The notes under the pieces: model-generated
The model's database searches: none
What the model was told of the DNA's origin: nothing
The model's input: only the letters and a program-made list of their open reading frames with translations
Position numbers and translations under genes: made by a program
In this document: piece by piece, positions 1-12,537 of the stretch
Layout: the number at the start of each line of letters is the position of its first letter
Numbering within the stretch: the stretch's first letter is position 1
Assembly (NCBI GenBank): GCA_032718475.1
Contig: JAUCBJ010002358.1
Span: 1 to 53,953 of the forward strand
Length of the DNA: 53,953 nt
From: Nemertoderma westbladi
Taxonomy: Eukaryota > Animalia > Xenacoelomorpha
Direction of reading: 5' to 3'

Positions 1-591
1 TTACGTTCATTAAAGTCTTAAATTCTAGCATATAGTTATTTTCACCAAAGCTGGGTCTATAAGGGTAGCCATGTTCCACCTTCGAATCAACATTCAATTC
101 CCCATAGTTTAAGTTGAAGTGATTGAAATGTAGCGGATTGCTACCCAATTCTCCATTAAAGCTGGCATTAGTGAGCCTGCCCAAAAGAATATATTTCGGT
201 AACCTCCCTTGAATTATACTTGAGTGAGTATAACTTGACTGCCCACCCGCAATTGTGAAGGTCTTCACATCTTGCTTCAATAAGTTATATATAAAGTCAT
301 TTTTCTGTGAACCTACAAGATGCACTCGTGCCACTTCGTCATCGATTTTATTTTATTTTATTTTATATTTCATCACTGTTATATGTATATGTGTTATGTT
401 ATAAATATATATTTCACTGTTGCTATATTAAAAATATATAGTCGACTATATTTCATTTTTCTTTTTCCATCTTAGGATAAATAATATAAGGGTTAAAAAC
501 AAAGAACATCAACACAGATAAACAGTAAAACATTTAAATGACAAGTTACAATAGACAAGTAACAAGATGTTTAGTTTATAATTTGAGTAGT

Positions 592-2336
592 TTAGTTTAT
601 ATCCACAGCATCTAGCTTTATCTTTATCTGTTCTGTTTGAGGACAGTGAGATAATTTTAGTTTTACAATTTCCATCGAATATCTTTTAGAGACATTGGGG
701 GAAGCATTAGGGTGAAATAGATTGAAGTGGATCTGCTTAGGGAGGAAAACTGCATCTTTTAGTGTGCGTTTGAGAAAGTTGATGCAACACTCAACAGCAT
801 AATTTGAAGGCAGGGTTAATTTGTTTGTTGTCTTCAGGTTGACAATAATTGTTTCTGATGGTGTATGTTGAATGTGTATAAGGGGGGGTGAGATAGTAAT
901 GGGAGGAAGTGGATTGTTGAATAAGATGAAAGTTGGAGAAATCACTCGCTTTTATATTTAAACCTGGAGAAATCACTCGCTTTTATATTTAAACCATTGG
1001 CAATGTAGTTGATTTCAAATCTTTTTTGATGACAGGCCATATGGCAACATAAGCTTCACCTTTGAATGAATAAATGAAAGCCGCTACTGATTCGTATAAA
1101 TTAATACACTGGTGATTAGGTAGTTGTAGTTGCTTTGGTTCATAATCACTATTGTTAGCCAATGACTTTAGTTCAGAGAGTGCTTCTCGGGCGCGATCTG
1201 TATTGTCAATAGAGAACATGTAGTCATAGCGTCTGTCAGAAATTTCGAGGGTTTCATAGTTGTAAGTGGTATAAATTTTATTATTAAATAATTTTATTAT
1301 TATTATTAATTCTTCATGGTTCACTTCATCGTAACATTTCTATCATTCGACCACAGAATCGTACCATGAAATTTTAAACAGTTCATTTCTGGTGAGTACA
1401 ATTGCTTCTCTTATGGAAACAATAACTTTGTTTGAATCAACCTCAACTCCACTCGCGATTGCAATGTTTCTTTTATTATTAATATTTGTGATATAACCAA
1501 AAGTAGAACTATCGAAAGAAACATATTTCTCTGGCTCTAAGACAATGTGCGAGATTGGATTGATGTAAGGACGACAAATGTTTATATAATGTTGTAGTAA
1601 AGCAGCCGCAGTGTATGAGATGGTTAACCAAGCCCCATCTACTGTATCTTCTAGTTTTATTAAATCAATAGGTTTCAGTGGGGAGGTTTTCGAATAACAT
1701 TAAAACCAAAATAATGTGCTTTGCTGTTGTTGTTGTACAGTATAAACATGTTATTTCATTTAATTGTTCAATAAAAGTTAGTACATCATATCCAAACAGT
1801 TTGAAGAAACGAGTTTCATCTTTGAGGGGGAGAATCGAAGCGTTCCAAATAATTAAAAGAATTGAGTTTGAAATATTATGAAAATCAAACAGACACTCAT
1901 CAACAAAAAAGGAAGCTTTGAGTGTTGACATACCAAGGAGCTTGTTCGCAGATTCTTGTGTTACATTGCCGTGGATATATTCAATATTCGGTTGAGGTAT
2001 TACAAATGTTTCTAATGAGGTTGTCAGATTGAACATTATATTCGATTCTGATTTGTGCAGTTTGAAACCATGGTTTGCAAAATGAAATTTATCATTATTT
2101 AGAGTTTGATATTGACCATCCTTCAACTCAAAGCAGGATCGTAGAATGAAATGCGCTTAATTTGTTAGAATGAGATGGGGTTGGTTAGATGAAGTGCTAA
2201 CCATCATTGGAAAGAGTTTGTTTCAAGGATCAAAATATAAACCGAATGAGTTGTCTGAGAGAGATATTTGATTTTCGTTGGAAACAATTTTTACTTGAGG
2301 GAAGTTGAACTTTTGATGGAGTTGAGCTTGAGCCAT
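592..2336 (-). pseudogene. Degraded intronless ORF of unknown function (about 570 codons), possibly viral or TE cargo
   Basis: ATG at 2336 is in frame with ORF 1665-2126. Coding-like frames continue through 1330-1680 (LKPIDLIKLEDTVDGAWLTISYTAAALLQH...), 989-1324 and 592-945, joined by stops and frameshifts. A 31-bp tandem duplication (934-964/965-995) shifts the frame. A TATAAA lies about 110 bp upstream on the minus strand. No family recognised. Confidence 0.45.
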
Positions 2337-2887
2337 CTTGAAGAATATAGAATATTATGTATAACAATAAATGAATTATAAATTTAAATAAAAAAGTAAG
2401 ATAGCCGATAACATTTTTGTAAGTGAAGTTCAAAGCGATGGATGGGGGTTTATAAGGGAAAGGGTAACCAATGAAAATAATAGTGAAATGTTGGGGGAAA
2501 CAATAGAAATAAAAAAATTTGAGAGAGACGTGCTAATGGATTGAGGGAATAATAAACACATTTCGCGAAACACATGTCATTGGGTTAATTAAATGGGTTG
2601 ATTTTGGGTTGATTTGAGATGCTAGGAATGTGCTGGAGATAAGTGCATATAGCTATATACATATAGCATAGTTACTATATGGTTTTTGGATAATAGGGCT
2701 CTGGAATGCTTTTAATACGCGGAGTATGTGTGTGGTCAGGCGCACAGGCTGCTTCATACAGTACAATGTGAAAGAAGGCTAGATTGTGAACCAGATGTTT
2801 CTTGTAATTTTCTCACCAAGCAAGAAAAGGTCATTGATCTCGTTTAGGAAGCCGAAAATATATTAATTAACAATGCGATCACTTAAA

Positions 2888-2910
2888 TACGGAGCCCGGG
2901 AAGGGACATG
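2888..2910 (+). mobile_element. Probable left terminus of an IS3EU-like DNA transposon
   Basis: TACGGAGCCCGGGAAGGGACATG resembles TAYGG-type IS3EU termini as I recall them. No matching right end was found in the window. Confidence 0.4.
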
Positions 2911-3109
2911 AGAAAAATATTTTTCTAACACGACCATTTACGTTAATATTACAAATTTGGAGTTGTTTGATTGGTTGTAGTAACATAGGAGAACTAAATT
3001 TGAGGGAAATTAAAATTGTATATCAGTGGTTCTTACATTACTGATCAGTATAGGCCTATTATATATTTCGCGTTTATCTAACGGCTGCAGGTATACTGAA
3101 CTGTGAACT

Positions 3110-4787
3110 GTGAATATGAATAACGAACTTGAAACATTCATGAGAGAACGAAGCTTGGGCGAGTTCATTCCTCGGATGGTAACCGACAAGATAAGCCCAG
3201 AAGTTATATTACTACCAAATGACGTTGAACAGAAACTTTACTTACCAGCATACGGCGACCGAGTTTCTGTAAAGGCATTTTGTAGGCAGATGAACGGTGC
3301 CAGTAGTTCGAATAATCCTAACCCAACCTCTGAATCGAACGCCGACTCTAATGGAAATACTGTATTGGATCAGATACGAAATAGGCGGGGAATAGCTAAA
3401 GGTTCAAACGAATGCGAGATCAGGATGTTAATATGAAAGGTAATACATATGCTAATAAATCTTGCTCGAGGTTGGAGCTTGGTAGGCTTCACTACCGATC
3501 TGAGGATCGAGGTTTTGTTCAAGTGCGGCAGAAGTCTGGAGGTGGAATACGCCATCTGACTGAAGAAAAGAAAACGACATTGCGAGAAATTTTAGATAAG
3601 GGGGTGGCTCTATTTTTCGTTGGGGGGGTTTCGTCTTGGGGTGCTTTAGCGGACATGGATGTTGATATCCGAGATTTTATAGGGTCGGTTTTTACTAATC
3701 TTTCTGTTAGTATTGGAGAATTTTATGAAGAAACAAAGCTACGTATACTTTGATTATATATTGGTTCAAAATTAAAATGAGAAGTTTCCTCGGCCAATCC
3801 ACTGGCTGAAATCTTTTCAACCTATCCAGATCCACATTCTGCCATCGTGGAAGATCATCCTTCTGTCATCTTGGAAGTTCAGCCCTCTGTTAGATTCTCG
3901 GTCTCGGAAGATCGGCCTACCGTCATCTCCGAAGATCCGCTTTCCTCTATCATCTCATGGGATACGGCAGCTGAAAGTAACTTTGACGTCAACGATCAAC
4001 TTGTTGTGAATACGCCGGATTCACTCCATGGAATTTTAATTAGTTTGATAGAACAGCTTAACGAGGAGGGAAGAAACATAATCAACATCGATAGAGAAGA
4101 TGTTATGGATGGAGTGAAGCGGGGGTTTTCTCGAAGTACCTTCAATCCATGTTTATCCTTGGATGTAAAGTTTAGTGACGAGGACGGAATGGATGCAGGG
4201 GGTCCTCGTAGGGAGTTCATGCGACTCGCCATGCAGGCTATTTCCAGGGCACCTACTTTTGAAGGACCAGATACTGCTAAATGCTTTGCTCTTGATTATA
4301 ACAGTTAGTAATTATTTATTACTTAATTCTTTTATTTTATTACTTAATTATTTTTATTTATATAGGATTCTATTAAGGTAATAAAATATTTAGACCAATT
4401 TGTTAGTGTCTATTTTTTTATTATTTTATTATTTTTTTATTATTTTATTATTTATTATCTTAATTAAGAAAAAAATATTTCATTATTGGCCGCATGATTG
4501 TATATATGATAGTCCATCGTGGCCCATTTCCCTTATTCTTTTCACCATTTACCTACGAATTACTGGTTTCCCAAGAGCTGGATTCTCAAATTATGTTTAC
4601 TTTGGAACATATCAATGAATACGATTGGCGATCTCAAATCAATGCTGTATGTACAGTTCCAATCCCAATAAACATTAACTTGGTCATTTTGGCGGCCAAA
4701 ACGACCAAAATGGCCAAATATAAATTGCGGCATTCATGTAAGGAACTTCTGAGGCACGTTGGCTTGTCAATCACAGCCAGTGAATAA
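3110..4787 (+). pseudogene. SAM-like + G2E3-like HECT E3 ligase gene, frameshifted and truncated
   Basis: N-terminal SAM-like segment (FMRERSLGEFIPRM...LPAYGDRVSVKAFC) and QVRQKSGGGIRH..LFF segment. HECT N-lobe motifs IDREDVMDG...LDVKFSDEDGMDAGGPRREF and MIVYMIVHRGPFPLFFS. AT-rich intron-like gap at ~4305-4470. No catalytic C-lobe seen. Confidence 0.75.
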
Positions 4788-4880
4788 TGGATGAGTGTAA
4801 GTAAAGCCCAGGATGTTGGCAGATAGAAAAAGGCTTCGATTTTCGGACATTCCCTCCCCAATCCCCCCCCCCTCCGGACA

Positions 4881-5134
4881 GTTCCGTTCCGTTCCTTTCC
4901 GTTCCGTTCCGTTCCGTTCCATTCCGTTCCGTTCCGTTCCGTTCCGTTCCGTTCCGTTCCGTTCCGTTCCGTTCCGTTCCGTTTCGTTCCGTTCCGTTCC
5001 GTTCCGTTCCGTTCCGCTCCGTTCCGTTCCGTTCCGTTCCGTTCCGTTCCGTTCCGTTCCGTTCCGTTCCGTTCCGTTCCGTTCCGTTCCGTTCCATTCC
5101 GTTCCGTTCCGTTCCGTTCCGTTCCGTTCCGTTC
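4881..5134. repeat. (GTTCC)n pentanucleotide microsatellite
   Basis: About 50 near-perfect GTTCC units. The overlapping ERNGT/FRSVP ORFs are artefacts of the repeat. Confidence 0.97.
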
Positions 5135-5139
5135 GAGTA

Positions 5140-5990
5140 CTACTACTAGGATTGGCATGCTGCATTGCAGCTGCATTTTTAAGAATGCTGTGCCGGCTTG
5201 TCAACAAAATTGCAACGCCACAACTCCCTATCACCCATGACATTTGCTAGATCATCCGTATCTTCAAGGCCAGTGTCCTTTAAGATGCGTCTCAAGAAAG
5301 TCATGGGCTGTCCACCATGCTTATTCACTCCATGACGCCGCCAAAGCACAAGATTATGCACTGGCTGGTCCTCATGGCGAAAGCACTGTCCTGCAAAGCG
5401 GAGGCGATTTTGTTCTAGTGTCAAGCTTGGGGGAACCAATGAGACACCTCCAATGTTATATAGTGTCTGGTTGGAGATGTGTGCATTGTACTTGACACAA
5501 TGAACCCGGCGTAGCATTCTTGTGAATGTGCCATCCAGAGATTTGGTGTCCTCAGCAGTTAGAGCCCAACATTACTCCGGTACAACAGTACTCCCGTAGA
5601 GGAGTCTGGAACTACTGCTGCTCTAAATTAGTTAATAAAAAGACCAACACTAGAAGCAGCCTGTTCTAATGAGCTGAGGAGCTGTTGGGCTCCCTCTAAT
5701 GATTCTGAGAGTACTCCTAAGTCATCAGCAAAGTCTAGCTCAGTTAGGTACTTGGCAGGATTTCCTCGACTTCTGGAGCCAGTAGGTGGAGTTATCATCA
5801 CCCCATCATCATTATGATGATCTAAGGACATGCGTAGAACATAGTCAACCACAATAATGAACAAGAATGGTGCAAGTGTGTCTCCTTGGAGGACGCCCCA
5901 TAACACTTCAAATGGTTCTGTGTCACCGTCAACAGTAGACACAAATGTTGTCGAACCATCGTATACTGATCTGATTGCTGCAATAATTTC
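5140..5990 (-). mobile_element. RTE-clade non-LTR retrotransposon, 3' fragment
   Basis: RT motifs GVLQGDTLAPFLFIIVVDYVLR and LDFADDL (5628-5942). C-terminal RLRFAGQCFR...MGDRELW (5179-5517). Short (TAG)n tail near 5140. Confidence 0.85.
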
Positions 5991-6331
5991 ATCAAAAAGA
6001 TCTTAATTAAATATAATAATGGGTGAGGAAAATTGTAATGAACTTAAAGACTTTTATTAACCAATAAGAAATAGTAGAAATTGTACAATGTCCTTCCCAC
6101 TCCACCTCGTAACATAATCATAACAACATATTCATAACTTCCATGATCTAACCTTTCTAACCTACTTCAAAAAGTTTCAAGCTCTACTAGCTCTGGTACT
6201 ATAATAGGGTTTAACGTAGTGATACAGTAGTGGTAATAGTGTATCACGCATTCAGCTAACCTCATATGGCCCATGGTTGTAGTTGGCCTATGTGCGATTC
6301 GGGGTTAATGCTGGCTGTGTTAAAACACTTC

Positions 6332-6377
6332 TTATTAGTGAACGTTTTCGCCCTAACCGGGCTACTTCAGACTATAA
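6332..6377 (-). ncRNA. Minimal type I hammerhead-ribozyme-like motif (Penelope-like element type), one core mismatch
   Basis: Minus strand reads ttatagt-CTGAAGTA-GCCC-ggtta-GGGC-GAAA-ACGT-TC-actaataa. It shows stem I (tagt/acta), stem II, a palindromic stem III and a UC cleavage site. The core is CUGAAGU instead of CUGANGA. Confidence 0.65.
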
Positions 6378-7279
6378 TGCAGTATTAGGAATGTATATAG
6401 TTAAAATTATTGCATCCCACCACTAAATCAATATTCCCTCTCCTTTATAACACGGGGTTCTGTCATAAACTAATAAGGGTATGTAAATAGCATAAATGGA
6501 GAGAAATAGAAATATATATACAGTAGTTTAACTAGAACTATCATTATTAAATAAGGAACAAAAACATCATTAAATGAAAATAAAGTAAATACCAGATATA
6601 GACTAGTTAGTTAGGTTATACAGTAGGCATTAGAGAGAGCATGGTTACTTCCAAAGTATATTGTGCACAAATACAAAGCAGAAACCTCCGGATGGTGAAA
6701 AACGCTGCATACAGCGGCATTAATAGTAATAGATCTATGCGCAAATAGACAAAAACACAATAAAAATATACTTATAATGTGTACAGTAGGGTGAGAAAAC
6801 GGTTTATGGTAAGGTTATTAAATGTCAAAATTGAAAAATTAATTCAATGATACAGTATATATTGTCCAATGGGACTGACAACCAAATATATAGAATACAA
6901 CAAACAAATTATAAGACAGCAGGTGGGTTGGTGTAGTGGCGTAAATATCATGTAATGATGAGTTCCCCACTGGACCACCCAAATCAGGTAACCCGCCCGT
7001 CCAGTGGAAAGGAAACTGATAACTAAACGTTCCAGTGTAGTGTCTGTGCAGGCCGATCCCTACACAGCACCATAGTAATACAGAATAGAAACAGAATATC
7101 TCAAGTAACAAACAATAAATCAGGTATGAATAATATGTGTAAGAATCAGACAATAATATAAACAAATATGTAAAACTAAAGAATCTGTACTACTAAAGAA
7201 CTATGTGCCATAAAACAACAATATCACCTTCCACTCTGTCACCAAACCAACTGAACCAATATTGCTAATCTGTGTATAA

Positions 7280-8070
7280 TGTACCCCGGTAGCGCGTATG
7301 AATATTCCCTAGTAACGAGCCAGACTGGGGTCTAAGACCCCAGCCTGGCACCCATACGTTGCAAAAACCCTAACTAAGTACATAATCCTACTACCTAAAA
7401 CTAAAACCCACTGAACCCCCCCCCCCCCCCCCAATATAACAATAAACTAGTACATATGTAGTACGTATTGACCGCCCAATTTGTACATCCCTGTCACTGT
7501 CTCCAACCGGTAAGGCCAATATCCCATCTACCATGCTCCTGCCCCAGGTGCAACCAGCCTATCCCAGCCCACATGCTCTGTGTATAACCGGTTTGTAATT
7601 ACCCTAGCCCCATGTGTGTGTATTGATACCTTGCCGCAGGTGTAGCCAGCCTATCCCAGCCCACGTGCTCTGTGTATAACCCGTTTGTAATTACCCTGGC
7701 CCTGTGTGTGTATTGATACCTTGCCGCAGGTGTAGCCAGCCTATCCCATCCCACGTGCTCTGTGTATAACCCGTTTGTAATTACCCTGGCCCTGTGTGTG
7801 TATTGATACCTTGAGAGTTGACTCAGTGGAAGGCGTACGTAGTGACCTAATAACTAATATTCCTGGAAACCACTGCAGCCCATTCCTCCCCCCCCCCCCC
7901 CCCCCCGTGTGCCCTGTAACTAGTCGGTTCAGTGATCTTACCTACACCTACAGTACAAACACTACAGTAATTACCCTTACAGTACAAACGATAGGCTTGG
8001 GTGGGAAACCCGTGGTTGTAGTATAATATCTGTGTGGGTTCGGGAAGGGTAAGTTTCCGGTTGTCGGACA
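7280..8070 (-). mobile_element. Putative 3' LTR of LTR retroelement A
   Basis: On the minus strand the purine tract AAGGGGGAGTC (8071-8081) is followed directly by TGTCCG at 8070. Candidate end ...CCGGGGTACA at 7280; this distal boundary is uncertain. Confidence 0.55.
7545..7813. repeat. About 90-92 bp tandem repeat, about 3 copies, inside the putative LTR
   Basis: Units start at 7545, 7637 and 7727 (caggtg..ccagcctatccca.ccca..tgctctgtgtataacc). Confidence 0.9.
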
Positions 8071-9449
8071 GACTCCCCCTTGGGAGTGTAAATGAGTTAC
8101 ACTCCCATATCTAAAGGCACGAGCCAGTAGACACCCTGTGAACGTCGGGAAAGTAGGCGACTCCTAAGCAATCCGTCGGTTGTTGGTTAAAAAAAAATTG
8201 TGTTAAAAATGAATAAGATAATGATGGGTACTACTGACCCGGAGTATGGTTTTAAAAACGGGAGTTGATAGTCCCTCTACCAATTCGCCGAGAGTCAGCA
8301 CACTAGACGAGTTTCTGCTGACCCCACAGACGATTGAAATCAACACCCAACTGGGTGTTGATATCGTGAAACGGTTTAAGCCCCGTAACGCGCTGTTCAG
8401 TGCCATCCACTCTCGGATTTAGGCAATGGTATCACACCATAAAGGATTCATGATACGAAAAATAATGTAGATAAATTAATTAAAAAACATATTGTGCTTG
8501 TTGTGCCATGCACACACACTCATACACTCGTATGTACTTTGGGTGACCCATGCACCACTTATTGGTTATGGGGCACACCCATGGACACCACATCACTACG
8601 CTCTCTAACGTTTTTTTACGATCCTTTGGGCACCCATTTAAATATTTATAATCTCTCCGAACGTGCTATCGATTACTTTCTCCAGGTCCGGCTCTATGGC
8701 ACGGCGGGCCCCCAGGTATGGGATCGACCCCCTGCATCCTGGTCAACCCAGGGTGCTACCCTTCCGCCCAGCTGCGCTCCAACCAACTACTCTGTGCCAT
8801 TCGTTAACTTTCAACCTACAATTCTCATTCCTGTCTCAATCACTGCACACAGTGCTGTCGCATTCCAAACAACCTCAAACTATTGTGGCCATCCATATCA
8901 GGCCACCCCCAATGTGCGCACGTACCTGTGATAAGGTAGGTGGGCCCCATTGGTGGTACATACTTGTTTGGTACCGTAAGTTGTGAGTGGGAACATCCAC
9001 AGCGACGAACCCACTCGTGGGTGGCATCTTCTGCTTCACCCACTGCTGTGTGACTGTTGTACGTAACACTCATACACGCGTATGTACACACATACACTCT
9101 AAATACTTAATTAACCAAATCATACCACTCTTTAAACTGTGTTTAACTATCCACCCATGATAAGGGATACACACTCGCACCCCCCCCCCCCCCCCCCCCG
9201 TGAGCTCCCCAGTACAGCCAGTGGTTAATAATTATAGACGGTTTACTCTATAAACGTGTTAATCATTCGGTTGTGCGTACCTACATGAATTAAATGAAAT
9301 AAAAATGGAAATATTGCATCAGGTATTGCAAGGTGGTGCTTGTAAATATGTATAATGTGACGTATAGTCTCGGTACTCTCGTAAGGTGCAGTCAAGTGAC
9401 TCTCGTAAAATCCCGTAAAGTGGAGTCTGTACTCAAGTAATGTGCCGTC

Positions 9450-11973
9450 CTACTCGATTCGTCGTCTTTTACGGTTATTCATGTCCTCCTCTTTCTGGTC
9501 CTCCACCTCCCTGTGGTATTTTACCACGTGTTCGAGGTAATAGGTCCCGTCCCGGAGCAGCGGTCCAGGAACCATTCGAGATGTCCCGGGTGTCCCTGCC
9601 GCCACTCGTCTAGCCTGTCCTGCATCTTCTGTATGCCTATTATCATGGCGACATGCAGGATATGTGTATATTGCACGGTCTCCTCGCGCCTCGATATCGC
9701 GAGTACAAAATCTGGTTTCATGTGGAAGAACCCCATGGCAATCCCCTGCATGAGGAGGCGACGCCGGGTCTCCACTCCCATGTTGGCATTGCACTCAAAT
9801 CACTCCAGGTGCCCCCTCGGCTCCCTCTGGTCACAATCGCTGTTCCAGTGTCCCCAGAAGCTGCACCGTCCGCACAGTCGGTGCAGTACCTGGCAGGCAG
9901 TCAGGAAGTGACCTCGTTTGCCGCAGTACGAGGACGGATCCCCAAGAAGCTTGTCCGGCGGGCCAAACATACACCTGTCCTGGATATGACTCAGGGCTCC
10001 ACAGGTATAACAGGCCGGCAGCTGGAAGTCGTATCCAGCATTGTCCTTGATCGGTCTTCGTTTCACGTAGTAAATGTGTTTTCTCTCTTTCACCATGTTC
10101 GCTGCGCCCTGATCCTTCGCAAGTTCGTCCATCTTGCGCAGGGTCTCCGTCTGCAGCAGCTGTTCCAGAACGGTGGGTTCTTCCCAGCAATCCACCTGTC
10201 TCCTGATGGGGGAATGCGTTTCCCTCTGTTCCAGTCTCCATATTGGTTCCAGGGGCGGCATGCCCCCCCCCCCCCGAAGTTATCGTGTTCCTCCTGCCCA
10301 TTGCCGTCTTCCACGTAGGCGCTCGTTCGTCCTGCGTATGGGCGACGTAGTTCTCCCGGTCGTCGCCCCAACGTCCTCGACGGTCTCTCTGTCAGGTGAT
10401 GCTCCTCGTGACCCTGGGCGAAGAGCCCCCGAGTACTATGTATGGGCGAGTTCCTTCGGTACATTGCTTCTCCGGAGTACACAACCCTATCTCGTGATCT
10501 CCCATCTACGACCATCCTCTCCACCGATTGGTCAAACGGTCTCCTCTGGTCCTGCATATGACCCGCCACCGAAGCCGCCCCACGGAAGATTCTTCCACGG
10601 CTCTTCCCCAAAGATCCGCGGTAGCCGCAGTTCCCGGTAGCCGCTCCGTATCGGAAGTGGGTGGCATCCAAGGCCGGTTGATGTTCTCGTTCCTCTTGGA
10701 ACCCCCACTTCGCCTCGCGTTGTGGCTGAGGTTGGTCCCCACCCTCATATCCATCCCAGACTTTGGAACTGGTAGATGGCAGTGTCCGGTCATCTTGTTC
10801 CTCTCTCCGACATACTCTCTTTGGATCATCTCAATAGTCGGCGTTATAAATACCCTCGGTCCGGTTCGGATCCATTGGGAAGTCCACAAGGGGCCACAGT
10901 ACCCTACGGATAGCCTCTCGGTCTGAGAGGATCCTGCCTTCATTCTCGCAGAAGGCTCGGGGAGCCAGGCCCACCATGTGGGCTGTCAATAGGAGGGGAA
11001 TTGATGCCGCTGCGTAGTCCTCCTATAGGATGTACTGTTCTTGAACCGCGTCTAGTCGTTGGTTCATCGATGGGAAGATGGGATACAGTTGTGGGGGCCA
11101 TCTGGGTCTCACCTTGAACTGTTCCGTGGTTAATCGTATGGCACCTGCCTATCGGTTGTACTTCTCCTTGGACATGGGTTTGAAGTTGACCAGCCCGGTC
11201 TCTCGGGCAAAAGAACCCAGTCCAAAGGCGTCATTCGGCGGTGCATACAATGCGTTGGTGTTTGGTGATGATATCGCCCTGAACTGAAGTGCGGTATCCA
11301 CTACCAGTTCGATGTTCGCCGGCGCCCCTATAGCCGTCAGGTCGGTCTGAATCGCCGACCCTACCTTGTAGTTCTCTTTGTTCGATATCATGTCCATCAT
11401 CGCCTTTGGAATTTTATTCCAGATCCCCTCACCGTCCTTTAAGGGATACGCGATGGTGATAACTAGACCTCCGGGTGATATGAGGTGTAGTACGGTGTCC
11501 AAAGTCTCCGGTTCCGGAGCCACGTAAGGCTTCCAAACTATTCCTTGTTTCGCCTTCGCCTCCTCCTGATTGATTCACCGCCTCCGCTTTTGATGCTTCG
11601 GCCCAATTAGCATCAGGTTCCCATCCGCATCCTGGTCAGGGATAGCAGTGGGAGGCGCCTGGGCTTGTCCCTCTGTATTGACTCCCAGGTATCCCAGTTC
11701 TTTAACGTCATCCACGAAGCGCTTCCAGCATCCCCTCGGCTCGTCTCCGGGTTCTACGGGAACTCCTAGCGATTGCTTGTTGCCCACCTTGATGTAGTGT
11801 AAGCTGTCACGGCAAGCCTTCAGGAGTGGCCTCGTCCCGTATGTTGTCGTCCTCAGTCTGTCGAATCTGTTCATAAGCGACGTTTGCAGCTTATATCCCT
11901 GCTGGTCCGTGGATAGGTGCCGGAAAGATATCTTTCCAGCCCAGAAGGTGTACGTACCGCTGTCGTCCGACAT
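9450..11973 (-). pseudogene. Extra ORF of LTR element A: DnaQ/DEDD-like domain + 3 CCHC zinc knuckles, interrupted
   Basis: ORFs 11575-11973, 11149-11523 and 10090-10671 share one frame separated by stops; a frameshift at the poly-C near 10265 leads into 9800-10261 and 9521-9781. Motifs YLGVNTEG, VLHLISPGG, ISNKENYKVGSAIQTD..VVDT, LDAVQEQY..ED and three CX2CX4HX4C-type knuckles (middle one degenerate). Homologous to 46491-48533. Confidence 0.7.
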
Positions 11974-12288
11974 GATGCTACCTGCCCACTAACTGCCTGA
12001 AGAGGCGACGGAATTAAGAGTTTGCTGGGTTGCCGTTTTTGAGGTTGCCAGTCCTATACTCTCGGTAGCCTTGGTCACGGCAGTATCTTCCACATATATT
12101 AGTATAGTATAATTAACATTTATATTGTCCAATATACGAATAAGGTCTCAGTTGTGAATCAATTATTATTACAGTTAGCTAGTAAAGGTTGGGAGTTAAA
12201 CCTTTTGTAATAAGTGTATTTGTACCACGAATTCCCCCTACATTACAAACTGTCTGAGTTACATTTAGTATTCTAGAATATTACGTAA

Positions 12289-12537
12289 TTATGGATGGTA
12301 CAGTCCCGTCCTCATCTCCAGGACATCATCCTTACTCGAGATAGTAGTTACTACCATCCTACTCGGCTTCGTCTGTAACCCTATCTCCTCGGCCGCCCAA
12401 TTCTCCACCAGCATGAAGGCTGCTCCGCTGTTGACCAGCATCAATGTTGTGAATGATCGGCCGCCTGTTCCTGTTATCCTTACTACCCCGAGTAGTACTT
12501 TCCTCTTTCTTCTTGCTCCCATCATGCTCGTAGCCAT
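12289..12537 (-). pseudogene. BEL/Pao-like aspartic protease fragment
   Basis: VLLGVVRI...TTLMLVNSGAAFMLV...AEEIGL resembles the retropepsin LLDSGSQ..FI...A..LGL signature with D changed to N. Same orientation as the extra ORF and LTR A. Confidence 0.6.

Noticed and set aside
4634-5250. ERNGT / FRSVP repeat proteins
   Set aside because: Translations of the (GTTCC)n microsatellite.
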